DNA of 25,343 nucleotides from a virus (lineage: Duplodnaviria; Caudoviricetes): positions 1 to 25,343 of the IMG/VR virus record IMGVR_UViG_3300025015_000105; one strand, written 5' to 3'. The notes beneath the pieces were generated by a model. It searched no databases and had not been told where the DNA came from. It worked only from the letters and a program-made list of their open reading frames with translations. Below are positions 9,533 to 18,134 of the stretch, piece by piece (the first letter of the stretch is position 1; every line of letters begins with the position of its first letter). Made by a program: the position numbers and the translations under genes.

Positions 9533-10753
9533 TTAAAGAATAAAATCATCCTTATTCACTCCATAAATTTCCGCCACAATATCATCCATTGTTTCAATCT
9601 TCTTTAATTCGTTATTGACTGTTTTTCTAAGTTTTTCGGCCTGTTCTAATAATCTCTTTCTTGATTCCGCTTCCCGCCACATGTCCACAAGATTACTAAC
9701 AGAAGCAGTATCTTTGCTTTTCATGTTTAATCTTTGACTTCTTTTACCTGTTAAGTCACTAATTAAGTCTTGTTGACGTTTTACGGAAGAATTATATTCT
9801 TTTCGGGCGTCAGCAATAGCTTCTACTAATCCTAATCTTATTTTTGGATCTTCTTGTTCTGTTTCTGTAGTTAATAGGTTTTCTAAAGTCTGAATATGAA
9901 CCAAAATATTAGAAGAAATAACCACTTCATTAGACAAAACAATGTATTGGTCTAATTCTTCTGGCTCCAAATCGGGCTTATTGTAAACATAAGAAATAAA
10001 AGAAGACTCACACAATTCTCTATCGGTTATTTTTTTATAACCATTCATTTGATGAACAAGTCTGTAATTATTTAAATAACCAATAAATTTAAACATTTGT
10101 TCTTTAACTTTACTACCCATTTTATCTTCGCTTTCAGAAATTCCGCTATCAATATATCTATTTATTCTACGGACTGCTTTATTTATGGTTTTAGGAGCAA
10201 TATAAATTCCATCAGGAATATTGCTTTGATCTCCTACTGTTTTTATATTAGAAGGTAAAGATTCAAGATATTGTTTTACTTTTCTGTGTTCTAAACAATT
10301 GGGCGGGACTGGGCGCATATTGAATAATTCCGCCGTCATTTCTACAGAATTCATATTTTCACAATTATTAGAAATATATTCTTTTTGTTCTTGTGTTAAA
10401 ACCAAATCTCTTTTGTCGTGTGAAGCAGATTTCACAACAATATTTTGTTCAGATAAAAATTTTTTAATTGCTATTGATTCTGGAGAACGCCCATCTTTTA
10501 CTCCTGAAAAAATTAAATTTAACAATTCTTGGATTGACGGCGGATCTTTTGTTATATCATTCCAGCGTTCTAATATTTTTAGTTTTTGTTCATCTGTTAA
10601 AATAACAGTTTCTCTTTTTTCGTATTCACCTTTAAATTTGATTTTCTTTACTTCAACATTTTCTTTAGTATTATTTTTAACTAAATCAGAAAGAAAAGAT
10701 TTATAACTTTTATTTTCTTTTTCCTTTTTAGACTCTTTTACTTCTTCTGTCAT
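9533..10753 (-). CDS. Helical/coiled-coil protein, possible terminase small subunit
   Basis: 406 aa immediately upstream of terL; two LT.EQK HTH-like repeats and a C-terminal coiled coil. The TerS role is positional inference only. Confidence 0.45.
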   Translation of the reverse strand: MTEEVKESKKEKENKSYKSFLSDLVKNNTKENVEVKKIKFKGEYEKRETVILTDEQKLKILERWNDITKDPPSIQELLNLIFSGVKDGRSPESIAIKKFLSEQNIVVKSASHDKRDLVLTQEQKEYISNNCENMNSVEMTAELFNMRPVPPNCLEHRKVKQYLESLPSNIKTVGDQSNIPDGIYIAPKTINKAVRRINRYIDSGISESEDKMGSKVKEQMFKFIGYLNNYRLVHQMNGYKKITDRELCESSFISYVYNKPDLEPEELDQYIVLSNEVVISSNILVHIQTLENLLTTETEQEDPKIRLGLVEAIADARKEYNSSVKRQQDLISDLTGKRSQRLNMKSKDTASVSNLVDMWREAESRKRLLEQAEKLRKTVNNELKKIETMDDIVAEIYGVNKDDFIL

Positions 10754-10779
10754 AATAATATTTATACTAAAATTTATTT

Positions 10780-11463
10780 TTAGTGAACAATATCAACAAA
10801 TCCTTCATATACAATTTCCCGCCCTTTTTGTAATATTATTTTTTTTACTTTAGCTATGCTAGCATAACCAGCCATTCTTCCCTTTTCAGAAGATTTATAA
10901 CCCATCAATTTAGCGGTTTCAGCATCAGTTTTATTTTCCATATATAAATATTTATAAATCTTATATTGTAAAAGAGTTAAATGTTTTTTAATTTCTAAAT
11001 GAAAGGCGTCACTACTTCTTTGAATATCAATAGAATTTTCATATGGTTTTTCATATACTTCTTGAACATGATTTTCTATTGTCACCGGTAATTTAATATT
11101 AAAAGCAGATTCTTTAGTTTTCTTCCATTTTGCAAATAATGGACAAGAATCACAAATTTTTCCATAAATATCACAACCCCCATTTCCATCATAAGCGCGA
11201 CATTTAAGACAAATTAAACTGTAATTACCATATTTATCTCTTATTAAATTTATCATTTGACTATTTATTACTTTATTGACCCAAGGTAAAAGTGATCGCT
11301 CATGATTATAAAGATGCCATTTTTTATAAATATGATTAAAGATTATCATTCTTACATCATCCCAATCCATATAAGAAATAGCAAACAAAGTCCAACGCCC
11401 CTTACGTTTAGTTATTTCATTAAAAATAATATTTGCTTGAGATTCAAATGTTGGTTTTATCAA
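10780..11463 (-). CDS. Phage-encoded sigma70-like RNA polymerase sigma factor with Cys-rich insert
   Basis: Region 2-like DWDDV..II..HIYKKW.LY......PW.N.VI..QM.N.IR; region 4-like LT..QY.IY..LY.E.KTD.E.AK.MGY; CLKC...C....C..C insertion. Confidence 0.7.
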   Translation of the reverse strand: MIKPTFESQANIIFNEITKRKGRWTLFAISYMDWDDVRMIIFNHIYKKWHLYNHERSLLPWVNKVINSQMINLIRDKYGNYSLICLKCRAYDGNGGCDIYGKICDSCPLFAKWKKTKESAFNIKLPVTIENHVQEVYEKPYENSIDIQRSSDAFHLEIKKHLTLLQYKIYKYLYMENKTDAETAKLMGYKSSEKGRMAGYASIAKVKKIILQKGREIVYEGFVDIVH

Positions 11464-11498
11464 TCTATATATATTATATAGAAAAGTAAATAAAATAA

Positions 11499-11828
11499 TT
11501 ACAACTTTTTAAAATAAGCTATTTTAGACAAAAAGTTTATATAATTATTAAATTTAATATTTTGAGTTTTTATAGTTAGAGGATAATTATAATCAGTATC
11601 AATTCTTATTCCAAATTCTTTTTCTGGTGGTGTTATCAACTGTTCACAAAAATCAAGAAATCCACGGGGTTTTAAGTAATTATAATAAATATCTTTGTAT
11701 TCTTGTTCTACTTCTATCAATATATTTAATAATAATCTACTTTTACAAACCATCTCCAAAGAGCGAACAGCTAAAGAATCTGTGGGTGGATTCAATATAT
11801 CAGCAATAATAATTAAATTAGATTGCAT
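11499..11828 (-). CDS. Hypothetical protein
   Basis: 109 aa ORF, co-oriented with the sigma and terminase genes, preceded by TGTGTAAA. Confidence 0.7.
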   Translation of the reverse strand: MQSNLIIIADILNPPTDSLAVRSLEMVCKSRLLLNILIEVEQEYKDIYYNYLKPRGFLDFCEQLITPPEKEFGIRIDTDYNYPLTIKTQNIKFNNYINFLSKIAYFKKL

Positions 11829-11837
11829 TTATTTAAA

Positions 11838-11884
11838 TTTACACAACTAAAAACCTTGCATTTTGTGTAAAAAAGTTATATAAT
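11838..11884. promoter_or_regulatory. Divergent promoter region
   Basis: TTTACACA 11838-11845 and TGTGTAAA 11864-11871; on the + strand TTGCAT (11856-11861), 17 nt, TATAAT (11879-11884). Confidence 0.5.
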
Positions 11885-11889
11885 GAAAC

Positions 11890-12057
11890 GTGAGTAAACT
11901 AAAAAAATATACTAAAAAATTAATTTTAGAAAAAATAATGATAGCTAAATCTGTTTCTAAACTAAAATCATTACCAAAAGAAGAATGTGCGAAAATAATG
12001 CAAGAACTATTAAATCAAAAAATAGATGATTATATCAAAAACATGGCAATGTTATAA
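11890..12057 (+). CDS. Small hypothetical protein (55 aa, below the ORF-track cutoff)
   Basis: GTG start 5 nt after TATAAT; MSKLKKYTKKLILEKIMIAK...KNMAML*. Confidence 0.45.
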   Translation: MSKLKKYTKKLILEKIMIAKSVSKLKSLPKEECAKIMQELLNQKIDDYIKNMAML

Positions 12058-12388
12058 ACCTAAATATAGCAATCAAAGTAAAGTCAAATTGTCTATAATT
12101 GTAGGAATTTTGATAATAATCACTGGTGTATGTGATTTATTTCGGCAGGACTTAGAAAGTTATGATTTCATGTCATATAATGTAAACACAAAATCTACTA
12201 TTTACATTAATAGTTATATTAAATCTCTTGAAAAAATATCAAAAGAATTCATACATAAAGAAAATTATGTAATTTACGAAAAACTTAGTTTTTTATATGA
12301 AAAAAGGGGGGAATATAAAAAAGCATTAGATAATGCGCGGAAAGCTTTTAAATTTAGAGAAAAACATGATTCCGATTGGAACGATTAA
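12026..12388 (+). CDS. Membrane-anchored protein with one TPR-like repeat
   Basis: Hydrophobic LSIIVGILIIITGVC and C-terminal IYEKLSFLYEKRGEYKKALDNARKAF. Confidence 0.6.
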   Translation: MIISKTWQCYKPKYSNQSKVKLSIIVGILIIITGVCDLFRQDLESYDFMSYNVNTKSTIYINSYIKSLEKISKEFIHKENYVIYEKLSFLYEKRGEYKKALDNARKAFKFREKHDSDWND

Positions 12389-12601
12389 TCATAATAATTT
12401 TTTCGCATCTTCTTTATAAACGACAAAATAACAAATACAAAAACCATTATTGTCTTTTCTTATTGTACTTGCTATAAGACAAGGATATTTTTGGGGCGGA
12501 CAATTAATAGAATAAAATGGATAAGGTTCTAATTTTTTTTCTTGTAAAATTTGATATTTTTTAAAAGATTTGGATGTTTTTAAAAGAATAAAATTATTCA
12601 T
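12389..12601 (-). CDS. Hypothetical protein
   Basis: 70 aa, tightly packed at the end of the leftward operon. Confidence 0.65.
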   Translation of the reverse strand: MNNFILLKTSKSFKKYQILQEKKLEPYPFYSINCPPQKYPCLIASTIRKDNNGFCICYFVVYKEDAKKLL

Positions 12602-12603
12602 AT

Positions 12604-12801
12604 TTAAACTTTATGCTTGTTTTGTTTTCCACATTTAGAACAGGTTGAAAGATAAACATCTCCAATATCACTTCTCAACGCCAAGAATGTGTTAAAACTG
12701 TGATTACAATTATATTGTGGTGATTTTTCTATATGGTTAATCCATTTATACAAGATAAATGTCAAACATAAAACAGAAACAATTAATGATACAATTAACA
12801 T
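12604..12801 (-). CDS. Small membrane protein with C-x-H...CxxC motif
   Basis: N-terminal hydrophobic helix; CNHSF...CSKCGK. Confidence 0.65.
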   Translation of the reverse strand: MLIVSLIVSVLCLTFILYKWINHIEKSPQYNCNHSFNTFLALRSDIGDVYLSTCSKCGKQNKHKV

Positions 12802-12802
12802 A

Positions 12803-13207
12803 TTATTTTTGTGAATCTCCGGGTTCTATTCTTATAGAATCATTAGAATCATCCATAGTAGAAACTTCCATAATAGAACCAGCTTTTATACATTTTATTT
12901 GATGCGGTAAACCGTTGGGAACATGATAACAATCACCTTCTTTAAAACTTAATTCTATTTTTTTTGCATCTTTAGGATTTGTAATAATTAATTTATATTC
13001 GCCGGATAAAACTCTCCACGTTTCTATCTTATTGACATGTAAATGATTAGAAAATTTACAACCATTATTAAAATATAAAATTTTTCCACAATATAAATTT
13101 GAGTTATATATTAATTCTTCTGTCCCCCAACCTTTTTTAATAATAATTCCTTTATAAGTTTTATCAATATAAGAAGATTTATATGTAATAGGAATAGGTG
13201 TAGACAT
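12803..13207 (-). CDS. Cupin domain protein (mannose-6-phosphate isomerase-like)
   Basis: KGWG.E......YCGK.L......FS.H.H..K.ETW.VL.G ... P.GLPHQ ... MEVST.D...DS.R..PGD. Confidence 0.85.
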   Translation of the reverse strand: MSTPIPITYKSSYIDKTYKGIIIKKGWGTEELIYNSNLYCGKILYFNNGCKFSNHLHVNKIETWRVLSGEYKLIITNPKDAKKIELSFKEGDCYHVPNGLPHQIKCIKAGSIMEVSTMDDSNDSIRIEPGDSQK

Positions 13208-13209
13208 AA

Positions 13210-13554
13210 TTAAAAATTAACCACGGTGACTCTTTTGTTACTTTTTCTAGCTAAATCTATTGAATGGGCGGTTCCTTTCGAACCATTAGTAAAAGCAATA
13301 ACTTCGTCAGAATTTTTTATAATATCTATATTTCTTTTAAATCCCGCAACTTTTCCAAACCGCCCCCAATCAGGATAAAATATTAACATTTTTATATTAT
13401 ATTCTTTACTAAAAATTTCTGAAAGTTTATCAGCACCAACCGCCCCGCCCGAAACAATTAATTCTATATCATTAATATCATAATTTTCTAAAATCTTTTG
13501 TTTTAATAAATTATAATCATTAAAGGTTCTAGAACCTACAATAGCTAATTTCAT
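13210..13554 (-). CDS. YspA/SLOG family (DUF2493-like) protein
   Basis: KLAIVGSRTF.DY ... IVSGGA.GAD ... PDW.RFGK.AG..RN ... IAF..GSKGT. Confidence 0.85.
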   Translation of the reverse strand: MKLAIVGSRTFNDYNLLKQKILENYDINDIELIVSGGAVGADKLSEIFSKEYNIKMLIFYPDWGRFGKVAGFKRNIDIIKNSDEVIAFTNGSKGTAHSIDLARKSNKRVTVVNF

Positions 13555-13649
13555 ATTTTTTATTTTTTATATATATTTTTTTGTAAAAAAACAAAGTAAT
13601 AAAAGAACAATTAAAGCAGGTATTAAAAAAAAACAATAAAAATCATAAT

Positions 13650-13802
13650 TTAAGAAAAAATCCACGCAATTAATAATGCAAAAGCAAAAAACAATATAAT
13701 ACAACTCGTTGTATTAGCTAGAATATTATAGAAAGTATTATTGTCGTACCGCTCCCAACATAACCACGCTCCATATAATAATACTGCTATAAAAAATATC
13801 AT
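13650..13802 (-). CDS. Small two-TM membrane protein (50 aa, not in the ORF track)
   Basis: MIFFIAVLLYGAWLCWERYDNNTFYNILANTTSCIILFFAFALLIAWIFS*; fills an operon gap. Confidence 0.55.
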   Translation of the reverse strand: MIFFIAVLLYGAWLCWERYDNNTFYNILANTTSCIILFFAFALLIAWIFS

Positions 13803-13819
13803 TTATAATAAAAATAACA

Positions 13820-14041
13820 CTATTTTGGATATAAAACAACCGCCAATTTTGTACCATATTCTTCACATTCTTCATCCATGAAAATAATTTCTCCATTATC
13901 ATCTTGTAAATATTTAGTGTCAGTACCAAAAGAAACTTCGTCTAAAATATGATAACTATTTCCTTCTGCATCAGAAGCTAAGATAACTTCTAAATCTGAA
14001 TCTAATTTATTTAATTCTTTTATTAATTTTTTAATCTTCAT
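13820..14041 (-). CDS. Hypothetical phage protein
   Basis: MKIKKLI.EL..LD.D.EVILASD.EGN.Y ... VVLYP pattern, common in phages. Confidence 0.75.
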   Translation of the reverse strand: MKIKKLIKELNKLDSDLEVILASDAEGNSYHILDEVSFGTDTKYLQDDNGEIIFMDEECEEYGTKLAVVLYPK

Positions 14042-14222
14042 TTTTTCTTTCCAAATCTTCCTTAACCCGTTGTTTTAAATCTTTTATTTTATTATCAAAA
14101 ATGTCATAAATAAATTTTGCAAATTTTTTAATTTCGTCTTCTTCTTTTATATCTTTAGAAAGAACAAAATCGTGGTACTTTATATGATTTTTCCAAAGTG
14201 AATTAAATTGTATTGTTGTCAT
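14031..14222 (-). CDS. Hypothetical protein
   Basis: 63 aa, overlapping-operon arrangement. Confidence 0.6.
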   Translation of the reverse strand: MTTIQFNSLWKNHIKYHDFVLSKDIKEEDEIKKFAKFIYDIFDNKIKDLKQRVKEDLERKNED

Positions 14223-14224
14223 AA

Positions 14225-14719
14225 TTATTCTGAGTATTTATAAATAATACCGTCTTTTATGTTTTTTACTTTTTGTTTATTAGGAAATAGATTTTCTATT
14301 TCGAATAGAGAATAAGGAAAAAAAACAGGATTGTCAAGATTTTTTATCTCAAAATCAAAAATGGTCAAATATAATTCTGAACATAATTTTAATAATTGTC
14401 TATAAGTATCTCTTCCTCCACAAACAATAAAATCTTTACAATATTTCAAAAAATCTATCGGATCTAAAAATTTTGCAAAACAAAAATATTCTCCACCATT
14501 AAATTTTTTATCAATTAAATTTAAATCTCTAGTCAAAACATGAATATACCTATTTTCTAAAAATGGAAGATTATCATAGGTTTTTCGTCCAACTATTATA
14601 TCTTTATGCCAAGTTATACTACGAAAAAATTGTAAATCATTTTTATTTTTCCAAGGAATCTTACCAGTATTTTCATCTCCAATAACCCAATTTTTTGATA
14701 CGGCTGCTAATCCAATCAT
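14225..14719 (-). CDS. folA: Dihydrofolate reductase
   Basis: AAVS.N.VIG....IPW...DL.FF..IT.....IVGRKTY..LP.L.NR...VLTR ... VCGG...Y. ATG at 14719 (ATGA overlap with the upstream stop) preferred over TTG at 14743. Confidence 0.9.
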   Translation of the reverse strand: MIGLAAVSKNWVIGDENTGKIPWKNKNDLQFFRSITWHKDIIVGRKTYDNLPFLENRYIHVLTRDLNLIDKKFNGGEYFCFAKFLDPIDFLKYCKDFIVCGGRDTYRQLLKLCSELYLTIFDFEIKNLDNPVFFPYSLFEIENLFPNKQKVKNIKDGIIYKYSE

Positions 14720-14976
14720 ATTTTTGTCAATAAAATTCCACAATCATTTTTATCCAAAATCTCTACTTTTGTTATTCCTACAAAAGCATTTAAAAGATTT
14801 TCGCCCATTTTCTCCGGATACCAAATAGTATATTTTTGAATATAATTGTTAATAAATTCTATAATATCATACTTATCATCCTGGCAAAAATAAAGTTCTT
14901 TTCTCCAAACTCTAATTTTAATTTCTTTAGTTGGAGAAATATATTTAATTATACTTTCCACTAATATTTCTGACAT
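14716..14976 (-). CDS. Hypothetical protein
   Basis: 86 aa, its stop is coupled to the DHFR start. Confidence 0.65.
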   Translation of the reverse strand: MSEILVESIIKYISPTKEIKIRVWRKELYFCQDDKYDIIEFINNYIQKYTIWYPEKMGENLLNAFVGITKVEILDKNDCGILLTKI

Positions 14977-15121
14977 AATCGTTGTTGTTTTCTTGTTTTA
15001 GTTCTTTTATTTTTTTATTATTATTCCAATTAATTTCTAAATAATTAATCCAATAATCATAATATTTGGTGGGGCGGAATCTAGAACCTTTTCCGGACTG
15101 CATTTTATTATCAATTATCAC
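14945..15121 (-). CDS. Small hypothetical protein (58 aa, not in the ORF track)
   Basis: GTGA-coupled start; contains GKGSRFRP...Y..NY..I.W, resembling a small-protein motif I recall from phages. Confidence 0.55.
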   Translation of the reverse strand: MIIDNKMQSGKGSRFRPTKYYDYWINYLEINWNNNKKIKELKQENNNDYVRNISGKYN

Positions 15122-15297
15122 AATTTTCTTATTTTTCCCATTATAGATAACCTAAATATAATTCCCTCAATTCTTTCGTCCATACCATAAGTTCCCACAC
15201 CTAATTGATTTTCTTTTAGTATCTCTAATATTTTCATTTTACAATTATTCCAACCTTTATCATAATTTTTGATTTTATTGTCTTGATTATTTTTCAT
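15118..15297 (-). CDS. Small hypothetical protein (59 aa, not in the ORF track)
   Basis: MKNNQDNKIKNYDKGWNNCKMKILEILK...KIRKL*; fills the gap and overlaps both neighbours. Confidence 0.55.
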   Translation of the reverse strand: MKNNQDNKIKNYDKGWNNCKMKILEILKENQLGVGTYGMDERIEGIIFRLSIMGKIRKL

Positions 15298-15622
15298 TAT
15301 TTTGTCTATGTTTTTTTGCCCAAAGTTTTTTATATTCTTTTATTTTCCCTTTGTTTTCTTCTTTGTTTTGCCATTCTCTGGTTTTGGCCAATCTAATTTG
15401 TTTGTTTGTTTGATAATCTTTTTTATCAAGTCCGCCCCTTTTACATTCTATACAAACATAAGTAAAACAATATTTAATATTGTCTTTTTTATCTTCGGGC
15501 GGGGTTCTACGATAAAAGTTTTCTTTATTTAATTCTTTTACTTTTCCACAATGACTACAACGACGAACATCAGATAAATTATATTCGTGTGCATTAGTTG
15601 GATTATAGTTTTGTTGTGACAT
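15287..15622 (-). CDS. Zn-finger protein resembling the N-terminal domain of phage HNH endonucleases
   Basis: CSHC..VKEL..ENFY ... CIEC followed by a basic helix; no nuclease motif seen. Confidence 0.65.
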   Translation of the reverse strand: MSQQNYNPTNAHEYNLSDVRRCSHCGKVKELNKENFYRRTPPEDKKDNIKYCFTYVCIECKRGGLDKKDYQTNKQIRLAKTREWQNKEENKGKIKEYKKLWAKKHRQNNEK

Positions 15623-15649
15623 ATAGTATAAAATATTATTTAAAAATAT

Positions 15650-16036
15650 TTATTTTTCTGTTTCGTGATATTCTATTTCTTTATTTATTAATTCTTGTAA
15701 CTCTAATTTAATCTCTAAAATAAGATTTTGTTTTAATTTTAATTCTTCTAATTTTTTATTTTTATTGTCAAATTCTTTTTGTAATCTATTAATAATATTA
15801 GAATATAATTCTGAAAAACCACCCATTCGATCTGGTAAATCTTTGTATTGTTCAATTATATTATTATATTCTTTGGTTTGTATTTTTTCTATACTTTCTA
15901 TTTTTTTATAGATTTTAGATAAAGATTCGCAAACTTTACACCCTTTCATAAAAAAAATTTTAGAAGTGCTAAAAACCGTAAACGAACATAATAACAATAA
16001 ATATATAATAATAACTATTGGCTTTTTAACATTCAT
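15650..16036 (-). CDS. Hypothetical protein (hydrophobic N-terminus, CxxC, coiled coil)
   Basis: ATGA-coupled start, 128 aa. Confidence 0.6.
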   Translation of the reverse strand: MNVKKPIVIIIYLLLLCSFTVFSTSKIFFMKGCKVCESLSKIYKKIESIEKIQTKEYNNIIEQYKDLPDRMGGFSELYSNIINRLQKEFDNKNKKLEELKLKQNLILEIKLELQELINKEIEYHETEK

Positions 16037-16395
16037 AAAAACATTTTTCTTTCTATATCACTCAATTTTTTTTGTTTGTTTAATTTTTTCCAATCAATTT
16101 TTTTTATTCCTAAAGGAATAGTTTCTAAAATATGTTTTTTTATTCTTAAACATTTATGATAAATATTTTTTTCTTTATCTGTCAAATAATTTTCCACCCT
16201 TATATTATAAGAATGAAATTCATTAAAATCATTATTACATTTTTTGCATCCCGCCCCATTACAAGAAGTTCCTAAACATTTAGGATTCAAACAAGCAATA
16301 CAGGCAGAATCACATAAACTACACCATGTTATAACATATTTATTTTTCCATTTTTCTGCAAAAATTTCAGATAATAATTTTTCTTCTTTGTTCAT
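16033..16395 (-). CDS. Cys-rich hypothetical protein
   Basis: WCSLC...IAC....C.GTSCNG.GC..C. Confidence 0.7.
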   Translation of the reverse strand: MNKEEKLLSEIFAEKWKNKYVITWCSLCDSACIACLNPKCLGTSCNGAGCKKCNNDFNEFHSYNIRVENYLTDKEKNIYHKCLRIKKHILETIPLGIKKIDWKKLNKQKKLSDIERKMFL

Positions 16396-16400
16396 AATTT

Positions 16401-16922
16401 TTAATTTCCCGCCCTAATTTTTTTAACATTAATAGATTCTATTTCTATATAATCTCCGAAAATATCGTTTTTTATTGGTTCTGTTCTAATATATAATATA
16501 ACATGAGATTTTTCATTTGTTAAATAGGGTGGGGAATAATAATCTCCTTCACAATCCTCACGACCATAATTATAATCACCAGATTTAACTATTTTTTTAC
16601 TAATAATTGTTCCAAAATTATCTTTATATTCTGGTTTATTTTCCGTATGTATTCTTCTTTCTTTCCCACCAAATCTTTTTTTCTTTAATTTATAATAAGC
16701 TAAATTATCCAGCATTTTTTCATAAATACTAAAATAATCTATGTCTTCTACAAACGCACACCCTAATAAATTGGCAATTTTTTGTCTTTCTTCAGCGGTT
16801 ATTTCTTTATTTTTTATATCTTCTTTGGCTAAAGGATAACCACAACGAACAAAAATTTCAGGATTAATGATTTGAACTTTATCGTTTATTCTAAAAATTT
16901 CTTTGTTTATTTTTTTTACCAT
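16401..16922 (-). CDS. Hypothetical protein
   Basis: 173 aa ORF in the operon. Confidence 0.75.
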   Translation of the reverse strand: MVKKINKEIFRINDKVQIINPEIFVRCGYPLAKEDIKNKEITAEERQKIANLLGCAFVEDIDYFSIYEKMLDNLAYYKLKKKRFGGKERRIHTENKPEYKDNFGTIISKKIVKSGDYNYGREDCEGDYYSPPYLTNEKSHVILYIRTEPIKNDIFGDYIEIESINVKKIRAGN

Positions 16923-16929
16923 AAAATTA

Positions 16930-17366
16930 TTATTTTATAATTGCTTTATTCATTATAACTTGTTTTGCGCTGATAACTTTATTTACATTAATTTTTATTT
17001 TATTATCCGCCCTTAACCACCCTTTATAATGTAATCTTTTTCCGCCCAAAACTTCTGCAAAATGATATTTAGCATTTTTATCCAACTCAGGATGTCTTAA
17101 ACAAAATTCTGTAATAGATTGGGCGGTTTCAGATTCTTGATTTTTGTAATATCTTAAGCAAATTTTTTTATTCCATCTTTTTTTATTACAACAACTCTTA
17201 CATAATTTACTAATATATATTGTTTTGTTTCTTTTTATACTAGATTTTTTTTGTTTGCAATTTTTACAAGTATAATTATGATATAGTCTTTTTTACCTTT
17301 AGTTATTAAAAAACCAATAGATTTGTATTGTTTTAATTTGTTAGAATTTTTTACTTTTTTTATCAT
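16930..17366 (-). pseudogene. Frameshifted Zn-finger plus NUMOD1/IENR1-like DNA-binding protein
   Basis: The ATG 17366 frame stops early; a second frame opens at GGTAAAAAAG and runs 120 codons (17292-16930) with CKNC/CKSC and SITEFC..H..L.....FAEVL.GKRLHYKGW. Confidence 0.55.
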
Positions 17367-17372
17367 CAAAAT

Positions 17373-17401
17373 ATCTTACCTAAAATCGCCCACCCTGTCA
17401 A
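17373..17401 (-). promoter_or_regulatory. sigma70-type promoter for the leftward accessory operon
   Basis: TTGACA, 17 nt, TAAGAT; ATG 6 nt downstream. Confidence 0.7.
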
Positions 17402-17462
17402 TAGAAAAATAATTTTATTTTTAACTAAAAAACAAAAATGATTTTATTTTACTTCCAGAATG

Positions 17463-17847
17463 ATAGATTTTAGAATATTTTTCTTTTTTAAAAAGGTCCG
17501 CCCCCGATTTTTCAAATATTGTATTTTTAGTTTTGTTTAAAAATTGATTTTTATGTTTTTTTATTTTATTTATATAAAAAAATAGATTTTAGGTTTTTTT
17601 TTAATAAACAATAATATTTTTTTTTAATAAACAATAATGTAATAAGATAATAAAATAAATGTTATGTTATAGAAATATAATATATAAAACAAATAATAAT
17701 AATAAATAGAAAATATAGATTTTAGAATATTTGTTTTGTTTTTAATTACTCAAACCGTTTTTGTAATAATAAAGAACATATATAAAGAATAAAGTAACGA
17801 TGGAATATAGAGATAATAAGAAAAATAAAAAAATATATAGATTTTAG
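17463..17847 (+). repeat. Four spaced ATAGATTTTAG direct repeats in an extremely AT-rich non-coding tract
   Basis: Copies at 17463, 17582, 17715 and 17837; also a 22-bp tandem duplication at 17594-17638. Confidence 0.7.
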
Positions 17848-17905
17848 AAGATTTAATGATTTTAGATATTGTGGATATGGAAATGGGTTCCCCGGCGGCG
17901 TGGCG

Positions 17906-17922
17906 AGCATGAATCGTGCCAA
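17906..17922 (-). promoter_or_regulatory. sigma54-like -24/-12 element
   Basis: Minus strand reads TTGGCACGATTCATGCT, i.e. GG-N10-GC, one mismatch from TTGGCACG-N4-TTGCW. Confidence 0.45.
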
Positions 17923-18134
17923 GCTTTTTACATAAACTGTGTCATTTTGGCACGCGCGTATTTGAGCAGATTTGCCCTTTCCTTTAATTAAACTTTGCTT
18001 CCCTTATCACCATAGCCAAAAAATTACTTTATCGATATTTATTGGCTTTTATCGATAAAATGAATTGTGACTTAGGCACCTTAAATCGGCGTATAAAGAG
18101 ATTTTTTGAATGAAAAATTTGATATATAGACACG

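Noticed and set aside
10759-10766. T4-like late promoter TATAAATA before the 406-aa gene
   Set aside because: An all-AT 8-mer is expected often at this composition, and no gp55-like gene is recognisable in the window.
13527-13646. Possible tiny membrane ORF broken at an A9 run (13625-13633)
   Set aside because: Would be about 40 aa after an indel correction; too short and low-complexity to separate from chance or homopolymer error.
17947-17965. Second sigma54 promoter on the + strand
   Set aside because: It has TTGGCACG but lacks GC at the -12 position.
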